A DNA stretch of 64,000 bases from Mayamaea pseudoterrestris (taxonomy: Eukaryota). Below, in pieces: positions 34,504-46,879 of this stretch. The stretch is from positions 124,001-188,000 of the forward strand of contig BROI01000029.1 in NCBI GenBank assembly GCA_027923505.1. The letters are read 5' to 3'. Made by a program: the position numbers and the translations under genes. The stretch's first letter is position 1; each line of letters starts with the position of its first letter. The notes beneath the pieces were generated by a model. It searched no databases, was not told where the DNA came from, and worked only from the letters and a program-made list of their open reading frames with translations.

Positions 34504-34963
34504 GAGAATGGTTCTACCAAAGAAGCTTGAAAGCTGTCATCTGAATGGACGGCGAAGATCTTGCCAAAATGGATCGTCGTGCCATTTTTAATTTTGTACC
34601 GGTATGACATTCGGTGATTGAGAACCGGTAAGACAGCGTGTGACGATGCGATGTGTGACTGACAGTGAAACGCAGCATCACTTCAAGTCGTCATGGTCGT
34701 GAGACCACTTCCACCCCTTGCTCCGTGGTTGTTGCAATAAGCTCTCACAATATTGTCGTCCATGACGAGAAGCGCGAGCGTGGTTTGAGTCGTGAAGTAA
34801 ATGTAGCGTCCCAAGCAGCGGCAGTTGCTAAGAGGTCGCTCACTCAATATTAACGATAGTTGAAGCCTGATCCCTTCGTTCGCAAGTCGCAACGCATGCC
34901 ACCAACTGGTGGTGCCATAAGACTCATTATGCAGGACGCATAAATTAAAAGGGAAAAGCAATA

Positions 34964-36643
34964 ATGGTATCGTCGCGTTTTCTTATTGCCATTGCGGCCT
35001 CGTCGCTTCGGTCGGCACACGGACGGGGACATGTACGTGCCATACAGTCCGATTTTAGTCATCTCGGAACCGACGAAGCTTTACACGAGTGCTACCAATC
35101 CACTGACCTGGAGCCTGTCACATCAAGGGAATGGAGGGATACATCAGTTCTTCCGAAACCCTTTCCAGATAGCTCTGGAAATCGCATCGACTGGATTCGC
35201 AGCAGGAGTCCGATGCAACCAATTGCTGGCGACGACACCATCATCGCTGGAGTTTTATACACTCTAGATGCTACAACTCTCAAAATGAATATCTTCTTCG
35301 CGCCTCTTTACCCTATGGAAAGCCGGCGAGCCATTGTCTACATCAAGGCCGACGACAGTGTGAATGCCATAGACTGGGTGGGCGCTGTTGCCGAATGCAC
35401 CATTCGCGAGCACCTTTGGTACTGCCCGATTCGAGTAGCAGGCTTAGACGTGTCTCATGACTACAGCTATCAAGTACAATACTATCCTGATCCAACAAAC
35501 CATCCGCGCTCTGTCTTTCTCTACGCAGGGAGCATCTTAAAGCAGAAAACATACCCTCGCATTGCAGCAATCAGTTGCTTTGGACCGGACGATACGAAAG
35601 ACAAAGTCGCCCTCGTTCAGTCTGTTTTAGACACTAAACCAGACTTACTTATACTGCAAGGCGACCAAACGTACTTGGACAATATTGGCTATGGCTTTCT
35701 CGAGCTCGTATACACTATCAACAAATTAACCAAGGACATTCCAACGCTAGTGCAAATGGACGACCACGATTATGGCGAACCGAACCTTTGGGGAGCAGCT
35801 AATGGCGGCCAATCAAGTGGCCAGGGCTTCAAGAAACCGGTATGCCTTGTGAATGCACTACAGGCGCTTTTCTTAAGTCACATGCCCGACCCCATATCAT
35901 TGAAAAAGACTCTCGATAATGGCATTGACATTTACTACACCAACTACAAGTACGGCGCCATGGATTTTGCTGTCTTGGAGTCTCGCAAGTTTAAAAGTGA
36001 GTTGGTAAACGGCTCTCTTCTTGGCGCCGACCAAGAGACTTGGCTGCGAGATTGGTGTAGCCCGGTCAATGACCAAGCTTTGCGTGTTGTCTTGACACAG
36101 ACGCCATTTGCAGCACTGGCCACGAACGCTTCGCGACTTTATGCACCGTACGGGCTCGGGCCAACGTTTCAATCCAAGGATTCCAATGGCTTTCCATCGG
36201 CGGGGCGGGAGAGGTTCATGGACATTATCAAGGGTTGTTCCCCACTAGTCCTGTCCGGTGATCAGCATCTTGCCGTTGCAGTTTCGTACGACAACTACGG
36301 TGTTAGTGAATGCAGTTCTCCTGCAGCTATCAATGACATTTTTTGGAGAACCAACTTTAACACAAGCGAGTTGAAACGTAATGTGTCACAATCAGATGCA
36401 TGGGGTAATCAGTATCGCCTACTAAACGTTTGGAACGTGAACGAGACAATCTACCGCACGTTCGACATGCCGAGCAAAACAGCCTTTGCTAGCCCGTCAG
36501 ACAAAGAGGCCAGAGCTGACGGTTTTCTCGTTGTTGACTTTGATGGGCAGTCAGCAACGTGCGGAATGCATAGCTACCACAGGGAGCACAATCTAGTATG
36601 GTCCGTTAAAGTTCCAGCTTACCCAACTGGTATAGGAAGTTAA
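34964..36643 (+). CDS. Secreted PhoD-like alkaline phosphatase/metallophosphoesterase
   Basis: N-terminal signal-like segment; GDQTY, DDHDYGEPNLWG, LLGADQETWL and LSGDQH motifs; intronless. Confidence 0.8.
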   Translation: MVSSRFLIAIAASSLRSAHGRGHVRAIQSDFSHLGTDEALHECYQSTDLEPVTSREWRDTSVLPKPFPDSSGNRIDWIRSRSPMQPIAGDDTIIAGVLYTLDATTLKMNIFFAPLYPMESRRAIVYIKADDSVNAIDWVGAVAECTIREHLWYCPIRVAGLDVSHDYSYQVQYYPDPTNHPRSVFLYAGSILKQKTYPRIAAISCFGPDDTKDKVALVQSVLDTKPDLLILQGDQTYLDNIGYGFLELVYTINKLTKDIPTLVQMDDHDYGEPNLWGAANGGQSSGQGFKKPVCLVNALQALFLSHMPDPISLKKTLDNGIDIYYTNYKYGAMDFAVLESRKFKSELVNGSLLGADQETWLRDWCSPVNDQALRVVLTQTPFAALATNASRLYAPYGLGPTFQSKDSNGFPSAGRERFMDIIKGCSPLVLSGDQHLAVAVSYDNYGVSECSSPAAINDIFWRTNFNTSELKRNVSQSDAWGNQYRLLNVWNVNETIYRTFDMPSKTAFASPSDKEARADGFLVVDFDGQSATCGMHSYHREHNLVWSVKVPAYPTGIGS

Positions 36644-36883
36644 AAAGTGGTGATGCATTAGGTTGAATTATAATAGTTTGCCACTGCAATACTGTATATA
36701 ACCAAGGCTACCGCAGTATGTCTATAGGGAGAACAAGCACATTCAAACGAAACAATGTGTGTCTTTTCATTCACGTTTCACAGTTTGAAATGGAGAGGAC
36801 GACGAATCGGCCGATGTCATCACTCCGAGCTTTTGACCCTTGTGATGAACAAGGGAAGCGTTGTGTTAGTTCACCTGTAATAT

Positions 36884-38037
36884 ATGTTGCGAAAGAGACA
36901 ATCGCCAGGACGACAATCAGACGATAAGGCAATGACGAACGACCAGGTGGAAAAAGTCAAGATGCATTTGTCAGAATATACCGTGCACATTCAAGGTGCT
37001 GCCGTCGCGCTTTGGCTCCTGCTTTACATCTTAGCATTCGTCGACAATAATAGCATCGGTCTGAACTCCAAAACCAACTTGATCGAGTTTAAGGATGTTA
37101 TTGATTTGTCCGACTTTGCGAAATGTGGAGAAACCCCTCCTCCTGTTGAGCAAGTAGGCAAAGATTTGAAGTCGTTCTGGTTTTCTCAATTTCCCGATGC
37201 AGTGCCGGACGAATTGACTCGGAGTCTTGTACAAGGCTTGACCGGATTGAGTACTGGTGCCAAGTCTTACTATGCTCAGAGCAGAAGTATCAAGCGATGC
37301 CAAGGAGGAGGAACGACGGTTGCATGCATGCAGGTACGAGACGGATGAAAGAATGGCCATATAATGTTCGAATTGGCCATTCCTTTGACCATTTTCTCCT
37401 TTGCTTTTGTTTAAAGATTCATCCAATGTTCGGCGCGAAAACGGAAGAGTTGATTCCAGCTTTCAACCCAGAAGTCTTTTATTTTATGCGCAACCCAAAT
37501 ACCATTTTCCCAGCTCATCAAAACAGCAAGGCCATCAAATATGGAGGTCAAATCGGGCAGACACCAGAAGATGGATGGCGAATTTTTCGCGATACGTACT
37601 TTTCCACCATGAGCGAGGCTTGGAAGGACCAGCTGATGGCTTGGAAGCAAATGGATTATTACAATGTCGCCATGTACTTACCGCTGGAAGACTTGATGCG
37701 TCCCACACTTGGGCCGCAACTAGTCAAGGAAATGGCCGCAATTTTTCGCTCGCGGGGCTATGCAACAATTGACGATGCAGACATTCCCTGCCTATGGTAT
37801 CAAAGTATCGGCAAGGACAAACTGGAGCTCTTCCAGCGCGTTCGGTTTGAGTATGACGTATACACACCGGGCTTTACCAAGGAACAAATCAAGCTCCTAG
37901 CTACTGGCCTGGAAGTATTCGCAAACGAGGTCAAGGATGATGCAAAATTAGTAGAAATACTGCGGAGATACCTTGAGAGTGTACGGCACGAGACTCGCTT
38001 GGATCATGCATGGGTCAACCAGACAAGGACAAGATAA
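36884..38037 (+). CDS. Membrane-anchored sulfotransferase-like protein (intron 37334-37416)
   Basis: Two ORFs joined in frame by a GT-AG intron; TM helix AAVALWLLLYILAF; degenerate PSB-like segment (QFPD...LTGLSTG..Y) and MRNP motif. Start uncertain. Confidence 0.55.
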
Positions 38038-38311
38038 TAGTGCATTGTCAAATAATAAGAAAACATTAGAATTTGTAATACAATACGTATGAAGATACAA
38101 CAAAGTAAGCTAATATGATAATATGCATAACGAGTGCTTTTCAATAAATCTTGGTTCTGCAAGAATAGCTGGATGAAATTATAGGGTGCGCGACTGTGCG
38201 TCATCATGGCAGAATGCCATCGCGTCATCTGCGGTAATTCGCCGCTACAATCGGCGACACGCTGACGACGCCGCACGAGTTGACTGTCTTCTCTTCTTTA
38301 TTCATAGCTAA

Positions 38312-41300
38312 ATTTTTCTTAATGACTTTCTTCGTGACCTGACGCTGCCGTACTTGAAGCCACCATCTTAATTTTACTTAAGCCACAAGTACGTGGTGAC
38401 AGAAATCTCAGCAAGTGTCAGACAGCCGTCAAAATATATAAGCCCCTGGCGTCAGTTCTCGGAGTGGGACCCATTTTCTCCGCCGCAACGAAGCGGATCG
38501 GGTTCTTCGTCGTGTGGGCGCTCCAACAAGTTTTGCCGCGCTTCCCTCTTGAACCACAAAACAAGCCAGATTGTCCGTAAGCTCGCTGCAACTCTCTCGA
38601 CCTTTACCACCTCTCTACTACTTTCACCATGAATCACTCTAATCTCGATTGGGCGCTCCTCGTCAACGAACACAAGGCACTGCGCCCCGGTGCATTGGCG
38701 CCTGGATCGCATGATTCCTCCAAGTTTGGCGCTGCGAGCTCGTCTCTTGCGTTTCTCCGAGGTGACTCGATGCGCATGCCGACGGGCCTTTCGGAGCGCA
38801 TCGACTTGAATAGTTTACTCCAAGCTGCCAATGGGGGTGCGCCTCGCCAAGCATCGGCTGTCTCTAGCATTGCCGAGTACGCGGCCATCCAGCAGCGACT
38901 TTTCCTTGAAGAGCAAGCTCGAAGGGACTTGATTAGCCAGGCATTGATGCAATCGCAGCAGTCTACACAAGGTCCTTCCATGGGAGAGCTTCTCGCCAAA
39001 CTTGGCGTCTATCAAGCTCCTTCCAGTTTGCTTTCTCATTCAAAGAAAGGATTTGAGGAAAAGACTTCAAGCACTCCGCCCCTCAAGAAGCGCCGCATTC
39101 ACAAGAACCTTGCGCCTTCATCCGATGCCACCCCGGCAGTCAAAGCGCAGACTACTGCTGCAGTTGTTGCTCCCATCGTGCCACTTAGTCACAAGGAGCG
39201 CAAGTCAACTTTTCCACTTCCAGTCAAGCAAGGCAATCAAGGAATTCCGATTCGCGTTTCGTCCCTCGCTAAATTCGGAGCAACATGGAAGCATTTGCAT
39301 TCAAAGTCCACCATTTCGGATCCAGTTTTGAAGCGCAAGTTTGTGTCTGAAATGTTTGGACGAAAGATTACCAATTGTGATGGGGAACGCATGTACAAGA
39401 AGGTGCATGGGCTCAAGGGGAAAAGCAGCAACAACAAGTAGCAAGTCTGAGGCGCTTCTCGCTTGCGAGCCTTTCTAGCACCAGCATTCGTCGTCCAATT
39501 TTGCACTGCTACAATACTATCCCACTTATATAATGACATTGTAACCAAATGATTTCTCGTAGAACTTTACTGTATAGTTTATATTTGAGAAATTGTGAAC
39601 TGCTGGTATTAGTTGCTGTCCATCGTAGCTTCACAATGTTGGTGCAGAACATTTGGATAGTGACCGAAGAAATTATCCCCACCTTTGGAATCAAAGCTTG
39701 TTTTTGAATATGAGGAGGCGTTGCAAGGAAGTCATGAGTGTGTTGCATCGGTTTCAGGTGGATATCAAAGCTAAATTATTGTCCGCGTCATGGACAGTAA
39801 GGTAGGTAGTTAGAGTCGCTCCGGTATTAATCAACACTGGGTGAAAGTGTATGGTTGGGGGTCGTCGGATTGTACCTCGACTCGTCTCGCGAGAGCAACG
39901 ATGAGGAAGGAAGAAACCTGCGGAACTTATATCGTACATTACGTTTTATCTATTTCGAGTCGAAACCAACTGCACAAGGCGTCTTGAATTGCTGAAAGGG
40001 CTCGTCGGAGAGCAAATACGAATTTGTTTTGGAAGGACGATTAAGCATCGACTCGTTCTTCTGCTTGACGCGCACAAGCATCTTGCTCGCAGAGATATAC
40101 TAGGGAGATCATTCGACTGAATTTCTTGCTCAACAGTTTCAAGCGTCAAAATATCTATAAAAAATTATGTCTTTGCCTCTACCGCAGCAGCGAAGCAGCA
40201 ACGGATCCTCCGCTCGGGCAACATCACCGGCAGCAACAGAACTTGCACAGCAGCAGCATCAGAGCATTCACGAGAATGGAAATCATCAGCACCATCATAA
40301 ACGCTTCATTCCCGACGACGATGACGATCTTGTTGTCGATGATCCTTCCTCGGAGGAATATTACGACACTACGAGCCACAATCCCTTTGCAACCACTTCA
40401 TTGCGCGGCGACGGCTATGGCGGTGGAGGCTTGTACCGCCGCTTGAACGCATCCACAGCTATCGACAGCAGTAACATTCCTATTCAATCACACAATTACG
40501 AACCAGACGAATCTGAAGTATGGCGGGCGCATGTTGCGCAGCTGCACTTTCGCAACCGCGGGCACTGGTGGACGACTTCCAAAAAGCGCGCGCTCAAAAA
40601 GTGGGTCTTGACCTTTGCCATTGGCGTCACGCAAGCTTTTGTTGCGTCGGCATGCAACTACGTTTGTCGGTACCTGTCGAATTACAAGTTTACAACTGTT
40701 TTGAACATGATGCAGCAGACGCAGGCGAGTGCAAGTGGTGCAGGTAGTGGAGATTGGATGATGGATGACTTGTTTCAACGCACGGGGCTTGACGATACCG
40801 TTGACGCAAACATGGAGGCTGGAGCGGCGGCTGCTCGCAAACCAGCCATTTTTATGCCGTATCTTGTCTTTTTGGCCTTTCAAGTCGGCTTTGCAGCTAT
40901 CGCCAGCTTTTTTGTGTGGATTGAGCCTGTTTCAGCGGGCTCTGGTATCCCGGAAATCAAGTACGTATTCATGGTAAAGTGCAGTTGAATGCATTGGCGA
41001 TTGGGAGACCTTATAGCAATTTTGACTGGACAAAATATTGAACTGTGACTGCGCAATTGAGAACTTATTATCTGCTCCTTATCTTGTCACACAACAGATG
41101 TTTTTTGAACGGAATTAATTTGCCGCGGGTCGTTCGCGTGCGGACGCTCATTTGCAAGGTTGTTGGTGTTACATTTAGTGTCGCTGCTGGTCTACCGGTT
41201 GGAAAGGAGGGTCCGATGATACTCAGTGGTGCCGTCGTCGCTGCTGGAATCAGTCAAGGCAAAACTAGCCTGGGTTGCGTCGATACAAAGTGGACCAAGT

Positions 41301-42103
41301 TTAGCGACTTTCGTAATGATCGAGAGAAGCGTGACTTTGTAGCTTGCGGAGCGGCTGCAGGTGTATGCTCAGCGTTTGGTGCGCCGATTGGTGGAGTTTT
41401 GTTTAGTTTGGAAGAAGGAGCGTCGTACTGGAGTACTAAGTTGACCTGGAGAGCTTTCTTTTGGTGAGTACGAAAGTCGATGCTTGAGGAACGGATGACG
41501 TGCACTAACGTGAGGCTATTATTTTTGTGCATTACATGTCTGCAGTGCAATGTCGACGCTGGCGACACTTTTTTGGATCAAGAATGCTGACGCGTTTTGG
41601 GGTCAAGCAAGCATGGAAAACCTCTTTTCGTTTGGCGAGTTCAATAGTATCTCCGGGGAAAGTGCAAACTTTTCGATTTGGGAGCTTTCATTCTTCGTGC
41701 TTATTGGTTGTCTTGGCGGACTAATTGGTGCAATTTTCAATGCTGCAAATGAGCACTTGACGCTCTGGCGCATGAAACGAGTCAATTATTCGAAATGGCG
41801 TCGATTTGTTGAGGTTCTCATAGTGGCGACGGTCGTTTCTACCGTTTCTTTCCTTATGCCGCTCCTTTGGGGTAGGTGTACAGAGCTTCCAAAAGATATG
41901 CAGGATTGGAACAATCAAGAGAAAAATCTGGTGGAGGCGCTTGTACCTTTTTACTGTGAGCGTGGGAAGGAATACAATGAGGTCGCGAGCTTAATGTTTG
42001 TGGATGCCGACGTTGCCATCAAGCAGCTCTTCCACTTTCGAGAGGCGGGAGGTGGCGACTCGAGTACTTTTTCATCCGGTGCCCTGTTCATGTTTTTTAT
42101 CCC
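38312..42103. repeat. Segmental duplication, copy 1 (3.8 kb)
   Basis: Colinear with 49638-53456 (offset 11326-11353). Confidence 0.95.
38629..39441 (+). CDS. Hypothetical 270-aa protein, copy 1 (NLS-like PPLKKRR)
   Basis: ORF intact in both duplicate copies; TATATAA ~190 bp upstream. Confidence 0.75.
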   Translation: MNHSNLDWALLVNEHKALRPGALAPGSHDSSKFGAASSSLAFLRGDSMRMPTGLSERIDLNSLLQAANGGAPRQASAVSSIAEYAAIQQRLFLEEQARRDLISQALMQSQQSTQGPSMGELLAKLGVYQAPSSLLSHSKKGFEEKTSSTPPLKKRRIHKNLAPSSDATPAVKAQTTAAVVAPIVPLSHKERKSTFPLPVKQGNQGIPIRVSSLAKFGATWKHLHSKSTISDPVLKRKFVSEMFGRKITNCDGERMYKKVHGLKGKSSNNK

Positions 42104-42218
42104 AGTCTCCAAAATTGTTTTGGTCAAAATCGGTTACCATCATGGAAATTTGGTCAATATTGCTGCATGTATTGAATGCCATAACGGCCGCTCCACCCTT
42201 CAACGTTTCCGTCGGTGA
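40167..42218 (+). pseudogene. 3'-truncated CLC chloride/proton transporter copy (homology ends at 42103)
   Basis: GSGIPE and GKEGP present; lacks GLFVP and CBS domains; reads into antisense of the neighbouring gene until the stop at 42218. Confidence 0.85.
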
Positions 42219-43902
42219 ACAATCCGGCAAAGAACTGGACTTCTTATCTTGTTGACCGGGGGACGGATAAGTCTTGCCTGGTGAAAGCTTGGAGGCGCAA
42301 TAAGAAGAATCTTCTCCTTTCGAAGTACACTTGCACAATGAACAGTCCACGAGCGCATTAAAGGCATCGTTGGCGAAGCAGTAGTCTTCAGTTTCTCCTT
42401 CTTGATTGAAGCAACCTTTGCATACATCATTTCGGTCGCACACTCCCTGCTGAATCATGCATTTGTCTTCAATGCAGTGGAACAAGTCTTTCATTTCCTT
42501 GTAGTCCGGATCGTCAGACGGCTTTAGGTTTGGCTTTCCTTCACTGTCGATTATACGCAAAGTTGCGATGAGTGAATCAGTTTAATATGGGCTGCAACTG
42601 ACTGATGAGCAACGTATAATCTTACCATGTCAATTGACAATCGCGTCCAGTGTATCCAGCCACAGGAAACCGACAATCCATTGGCGCGCCTCCACCGGCT
42701 ATCGCCGGACTGTCCATTCTCGGTCGAACTTCCCACGAAACTTCATTTCCCCATGTGCCTCCGTTGACCTTGACTTGATAACAGCTTGGATTCTTGCTGA
42801 GGCAAACCCAGTGCGTCCCCTGAGATCCGGATTTAAGACTTCCAGTGTATATAGGGTCCTTCTCGTCGACGTTATACAGCGAAAGCTTTGTCGCATCCCA
42901 GCCATCACCAAAGGAGTCATACATGATGAGTCGGTACGACGTCTCTTCCGACGAGCACTCCATGTTCAACGCATCATCGCTCAAGATGTCATCGTTTACA
43001 ACTATCGCCGAGTTACAATTAGTCGAGTACCACGAATTGCAATTCTTCGACTCGGGATCGCGACAAAAGTATCCATCGTGCCCACACTCCAGATAATTGC
43101 TTTCCCGCTCGCATGTATCCTCGCAGCAATCTCCACCATCCCAACCGCAAACTTCGGTATTGTAACAACCATATATACCATCGTTACAAATACCATTACC
43201 GATAAAGGATGGATGAAAGCCTTCCCACTCGCACTTTGTCAATTTGCTGCAGTCAACATATGGCTGAACGTCGTCATCGCTGCCGCGTTGCGAATTGTTT
43301 TCATCGTCACCATTCTTGTATCCATCATCGTCATCCCAATTAACGCAAGAGTCAAACGTTTGACAAAACTGATCCATGGAAGCGGTACTCTTCTTGACGT
43401 TCATGCAAAGCTGATTATTGTTCAAAAAGGAAACAACGTCGGAGCAAGGCGTGTCCTGCGTCACGGACGCCCAGTCAATGTCGCGGGTCTGCAACTGCAG
43501 AAAGCAATCGACGCATTGACTCACTTCCAAGCAGTTCATAAAGGCAGCGTCGCATGTTAACGTGTCACTGGTGGATTCCAAGGAGCGGAGGTGATGATTG
43601 TTGTTGCTGCTGCTCCGTTGATACGTTTGAGGTAGTTTCAATTGGAGGAGGCGGTTCGAATGTGGCAGTGGCTCTTCGGCGACGAGATTAATGAGCTTGC
43701 TTGCTTCAAGCGTGCTGTGTACAACAAGTTTGTGTAAGTTAATGAAATGAGAGTCGAACGTCGTCGAATCATGTTCATTCCATGCCGCAACGGATAGCAA
43801 GACGTACCGCTTCGCAAGCACTTTGGCCGCCACATTTTCAGTAACCGCAGATGCTAATGTCGCAGAAGCGACTAGTGATAGAAACTGTTTCATTAGCTTC
43901 AT
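42072..43902 (-). CDS. Secreted Cys-rich LNR/Notch-repeat protein, probably 3'-truncated at 42104 (introns ~43715-43807, 42544-42625)
   Basis: Signal peptide; IGNGICND..YNTEVCGWDGGDCC; DSFGDGW; the last codons derive from CLC antisense sequence. Confidence 0.72.
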
Positions 43903-44258
43903 AGAGCGTCTATAGCGAAGCTTGCGAATGACAGTTGGAGTGGACTTTTTTGTTGACGGCGTTGCGGTTTCGTTCCGTCTCGCACTTCTTGGGGGTCAAC
44001 GCGTTTCTCGAACCGCAGCGACCCCCGCCGCCGAAATCTTAGCTACTGCGACAGGAACAAGTCGTCACACTGAATGTGAGTGTGATATCAACTTATTAAA
44101 CATGTTACAAACGCGACTATACTATGTATGAACAGTCATAAAGCTGTAACAGTCGCAATTTTAGGTGCCGTTATCGATGTATTGCCTCATCGAATAACAA
44201 CGCGTTCACAGCCAAGCGGCATTCTGTTATCTGTTATATCACGCAATACATTCTCAAT

Positions 44259-45134
44259 CTAACTCGCTTCCACTTCCATGACATCAACATCTGCCAAGGC
44301 GGGATGCGGAGAGTAGGACGAGTGAAGAATGGGAGTGACTCCATTGGCCAGTGTCATTCGTCCAGACCGCTGCACCATGGCGCGGAGCGGTCCAATCTCA
44401 TTAGGCTTGACTTCGTTACGGCGGTAGTCAACCGTTCCATCCGTTCGAATAATGCACAAGTCAATGTTGCTACCCGATCCCAAGTCGTTAAAGACTCCAG
44501 CGCTGACTGCGCGCTTGACCATGGCAATGCCTTCATCCTCCGTCAATCCATCGCGCCAACTCGTCTCGAAAACACTCATGGCTGCCACCGAACCTGATCC
44601 CATGGTCGCATACGACAGCTTGCTGGTACTTCCATGCGGATAAATATGGTAAACGTGCGGTCCCTGTATATCCACGCCTCCCAAAATGAGCGCCGCGCTA
44701 ACATGTCCCTGGTAGCGAAAGAGCATGCGCTTCAATAGCGTCAGCGCCGTCACGACACGACTCGGCAAGTGCGTATCCAAGCGCAGCAACGCCAATTGAC
44801 TGGAAATCAGTTCCGTCGTCTTGTCGGTATCCGCCGCCGTTCCAGCGCCGGCGCAGTACATGTTGGGCGCCAAGTAGTGAATCTTTTGGCAATTCTTTTC
44901 GGCAACTTCCTCACCCGACGTGGCTCGCGTATCGGCGCCGAGAATGACACCGCCTGCGAAGACCATGCCGACAATGGTTGTTCCAGTCTTTTTGGCTTGG
45001 GCGAGACGGACAGTGGAAGACTTGTTCGAGGCGGCGTTGGCTGCGGCAACGAGGCTTGCGTTGCGATGCGTGTTGGCAAAGGAGAATCCGGATGGAACCG
45101 ATGAGCTGAAAATGTTTTGAGTTTGTTCAGACAT
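44259..45134 (-). CDS. PSMB7: 20S proteasome subunit beta 2
   Basis: Propeptide then KTG/TTIVG, GADTRAT, KNCQKIHY, YQGHVSAALILGG, MGSGS, NDLGSGSNID. Confidence 0.95.
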   Translation of the reverse strand: MSEQTQNIFSSSVPSGFSFANTHRNASLVAAANAASNKSSTVRLAQAKKTGTTIVGMVFAGGVILGADTRATSGEEVAEKNCQKIHYLAPNMYCAGAGTAADTDKTTELISSQLALLRLDTHLPSRVVTALTLLKRMLFRYQGHVSAALILGGVDIQGPHVYHIYPHGSTSKLSYATMGSGSVAAMSVFETSWRDGLTEDEGIAMVKRAVSAGVFNDLGSGSNIDLCIIRTDGTVDYRRNEVKPNEIGPLRAMVQRSGRMTLANGVTPILHSSYSPHPALADVDVMEVEAS

Positions 45135-45451
45135 GATTAAAGATTAGATGATATACTGAAGAAGCAAGCGAGACGAAGGGAAGTGCAAGAGCGATGATGG
45201 AAGTAGGTTGTTTGCTGCAGTCCTCATTGTGGATGAAGGTCAAGGATGGTCAAAGATCGTCGTGCAGCAGACTTGAAAAGCACAAAGTAAAGTCGTAACG
45301 GTACCCGATTTAGTGTGAGCCATGCGTCACTTTCACCATGGGCGCTTCGCTCTTCGCCATTGCGTAAGTTGTACATGGACAAGAGCCGATATCCAGAATA
45401 ACTGATTGAACCATTATAACATTTTAACCAAGAATTTCGAAGCATACTACA

Positions 45452-45904
45452 ATGAGCGATGCAATCGACGACCATAGTGCCGAAGAGGACTACGATCGCC
45501 ACCACGGAACAAATACGAATCATATCAACAAGCGACAGCGCGGCTGGCAGGGTGAACATATGGAACTAGAGCATGCGGCTGCTGCCAGGCAGGATGATGC
45601 AGGCGACCAAAAGGGCTCAGTGGTGGCCGTGTACTTGAATCAGTTTCGAAATACAGTCGTTGGACAAGGATATCAAGCCAAGCATGTAATAAGACAAAAG
45701 GGATTAACGCAACCGCCTCGTGCGCCCATTGCCAAGCAAGAATGCGAGAGAGATGAGTTTAATAACAAGAAAAGAAAGCCGCATTGTCAAGATGCAGAGC
45801 CTGTCAGCCAAGGTCCAGCAAAGTCTAAACTGCAAACGTATCTGGAGTGCCCGGGTTTGCGAAAGTTTAGGAAGGAGCTTGCCAAGATTGAAGCCTCGCA
45901 CTGA
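45452..45904 (+). CDS. Hypothetical protein (150 aa)
   Basis: ATG-initiated ORF divergent from PSMB7; no recognised motif. Confidence 0.3.
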   Translation: MSDAIDDHSAEEDYDRHHGTNTNHINKRQRGWQGEHMELEHAAAARQDDAGDQKGSVVAVYLNQFRNTVVGQGYQAKHVIRQKGLTQPPRAPIAKQECERDEFNNKKRKPHCQDAEPVSQGPAKSKLQTYLECPGLRKFRKELAKIEASH

Positions 45905-46066
45905 TTACTTCACAGATCTGTTGGACGGAGATGGCAACGATTATGTAGCTTGCATTTTAGCAGGCCAGGCGTAACACTGTCGTCAATGCGATGAGGCAGC
46001 TACGAACGAGGAACGAGGAACGCCTTTAATCCATTCAAAGTTTAAACTTATGCAGTGCTTTGTAAT

Positions 46067-46639
46067 TTATAAATCAGCCACATCATTTCCAATTGGAGCG
46101 TGCTTGTGAAACATTGAGCGCTTCAAGGATTGTTTCCATAACTCATTCCGAGCACGTCTTTGCTCTTCGTCGCTGACGGGCGACATTTTCTTGGCCAATG
46201 GCGCCTCGGCGTGGTCGAAACTGACTCGTCGCTTATGACCTTGTGAAGTAAGGTTTACAGAGCTTTGGTTCAAATCTTGACTATTGGAAAATAGCTCGTA
46301 GTTTGGGTCAAAGTCTTCGAGCAGCTTCTGCAGGACCGCATCGAGATTGTCATTGGACTCGGACAGGGCAAACGGAGCCTCATCGACTTCTTGTTCGTTG
46401 CAGCATGGGATTGTCATGTTGGCTTCTTGCTCGTCGCATGCAAGTAGTTGATAGCGTCTTGGTAGAGTGTCCATATGTGAGCATTGCATGGCGGGATACT
46501 GGTTGGATTGGTTGCTTGAACAGTTGCAAAGAAATTGACCAGTTGAAATTGTGAGCGAGTCTTCGTGGCGAATTTTCTGGCCACGACCTCCGTTAAGTTT
46601 ACCGTTACTGATTTCGTCAACCGCCTGATAAGAATTCAA
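46067..46639 (-). CDS. Hypothetical protein (start uncertain)
   Basis: 190-codon open frame with HKRRVSFD, similar in style to diatom low-complexity proteins; no recognised domain. Confidence 0.35.
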   Translation of the reverse strand: MNSYQAVDEISNGKLNGGRGQKIRHEDSLTISTGQFLCNCSSNQSNQYPAMQCSHMDTLPRRYQLLACDEQEANMTIPCCNEQEVDEAPFALSESNDNLDAVLQKLLEDFDPNYELFSNSQDLNQSSVNLTSQGHKRRVSFDHAEAPLAKKMSPVSDEEQRRARNELWKQSLKRSMFHKHAPIGNDVADL

Positions 46640-46879
46640 CTCAAATTGCTTAAGTAACTCAACGCGGCCTAGTCATGGAGCAGTCGTTGGGCCTATCGTG
46701 ATGACTGATGTGCCGGCGGAGTCGTCCACGATCAACATAACCAGTCAAGGCACATGCAAGCTTTTAACATAAGCCCACAGTCGCCGACAAGCTTGCTATG
46801 GAGCTCGTCCACGACCTGTTTCCTCACCAATAACATGAATGCGGAACTGCCTTTCTAATACACTCGTGCGGGATAGAAG

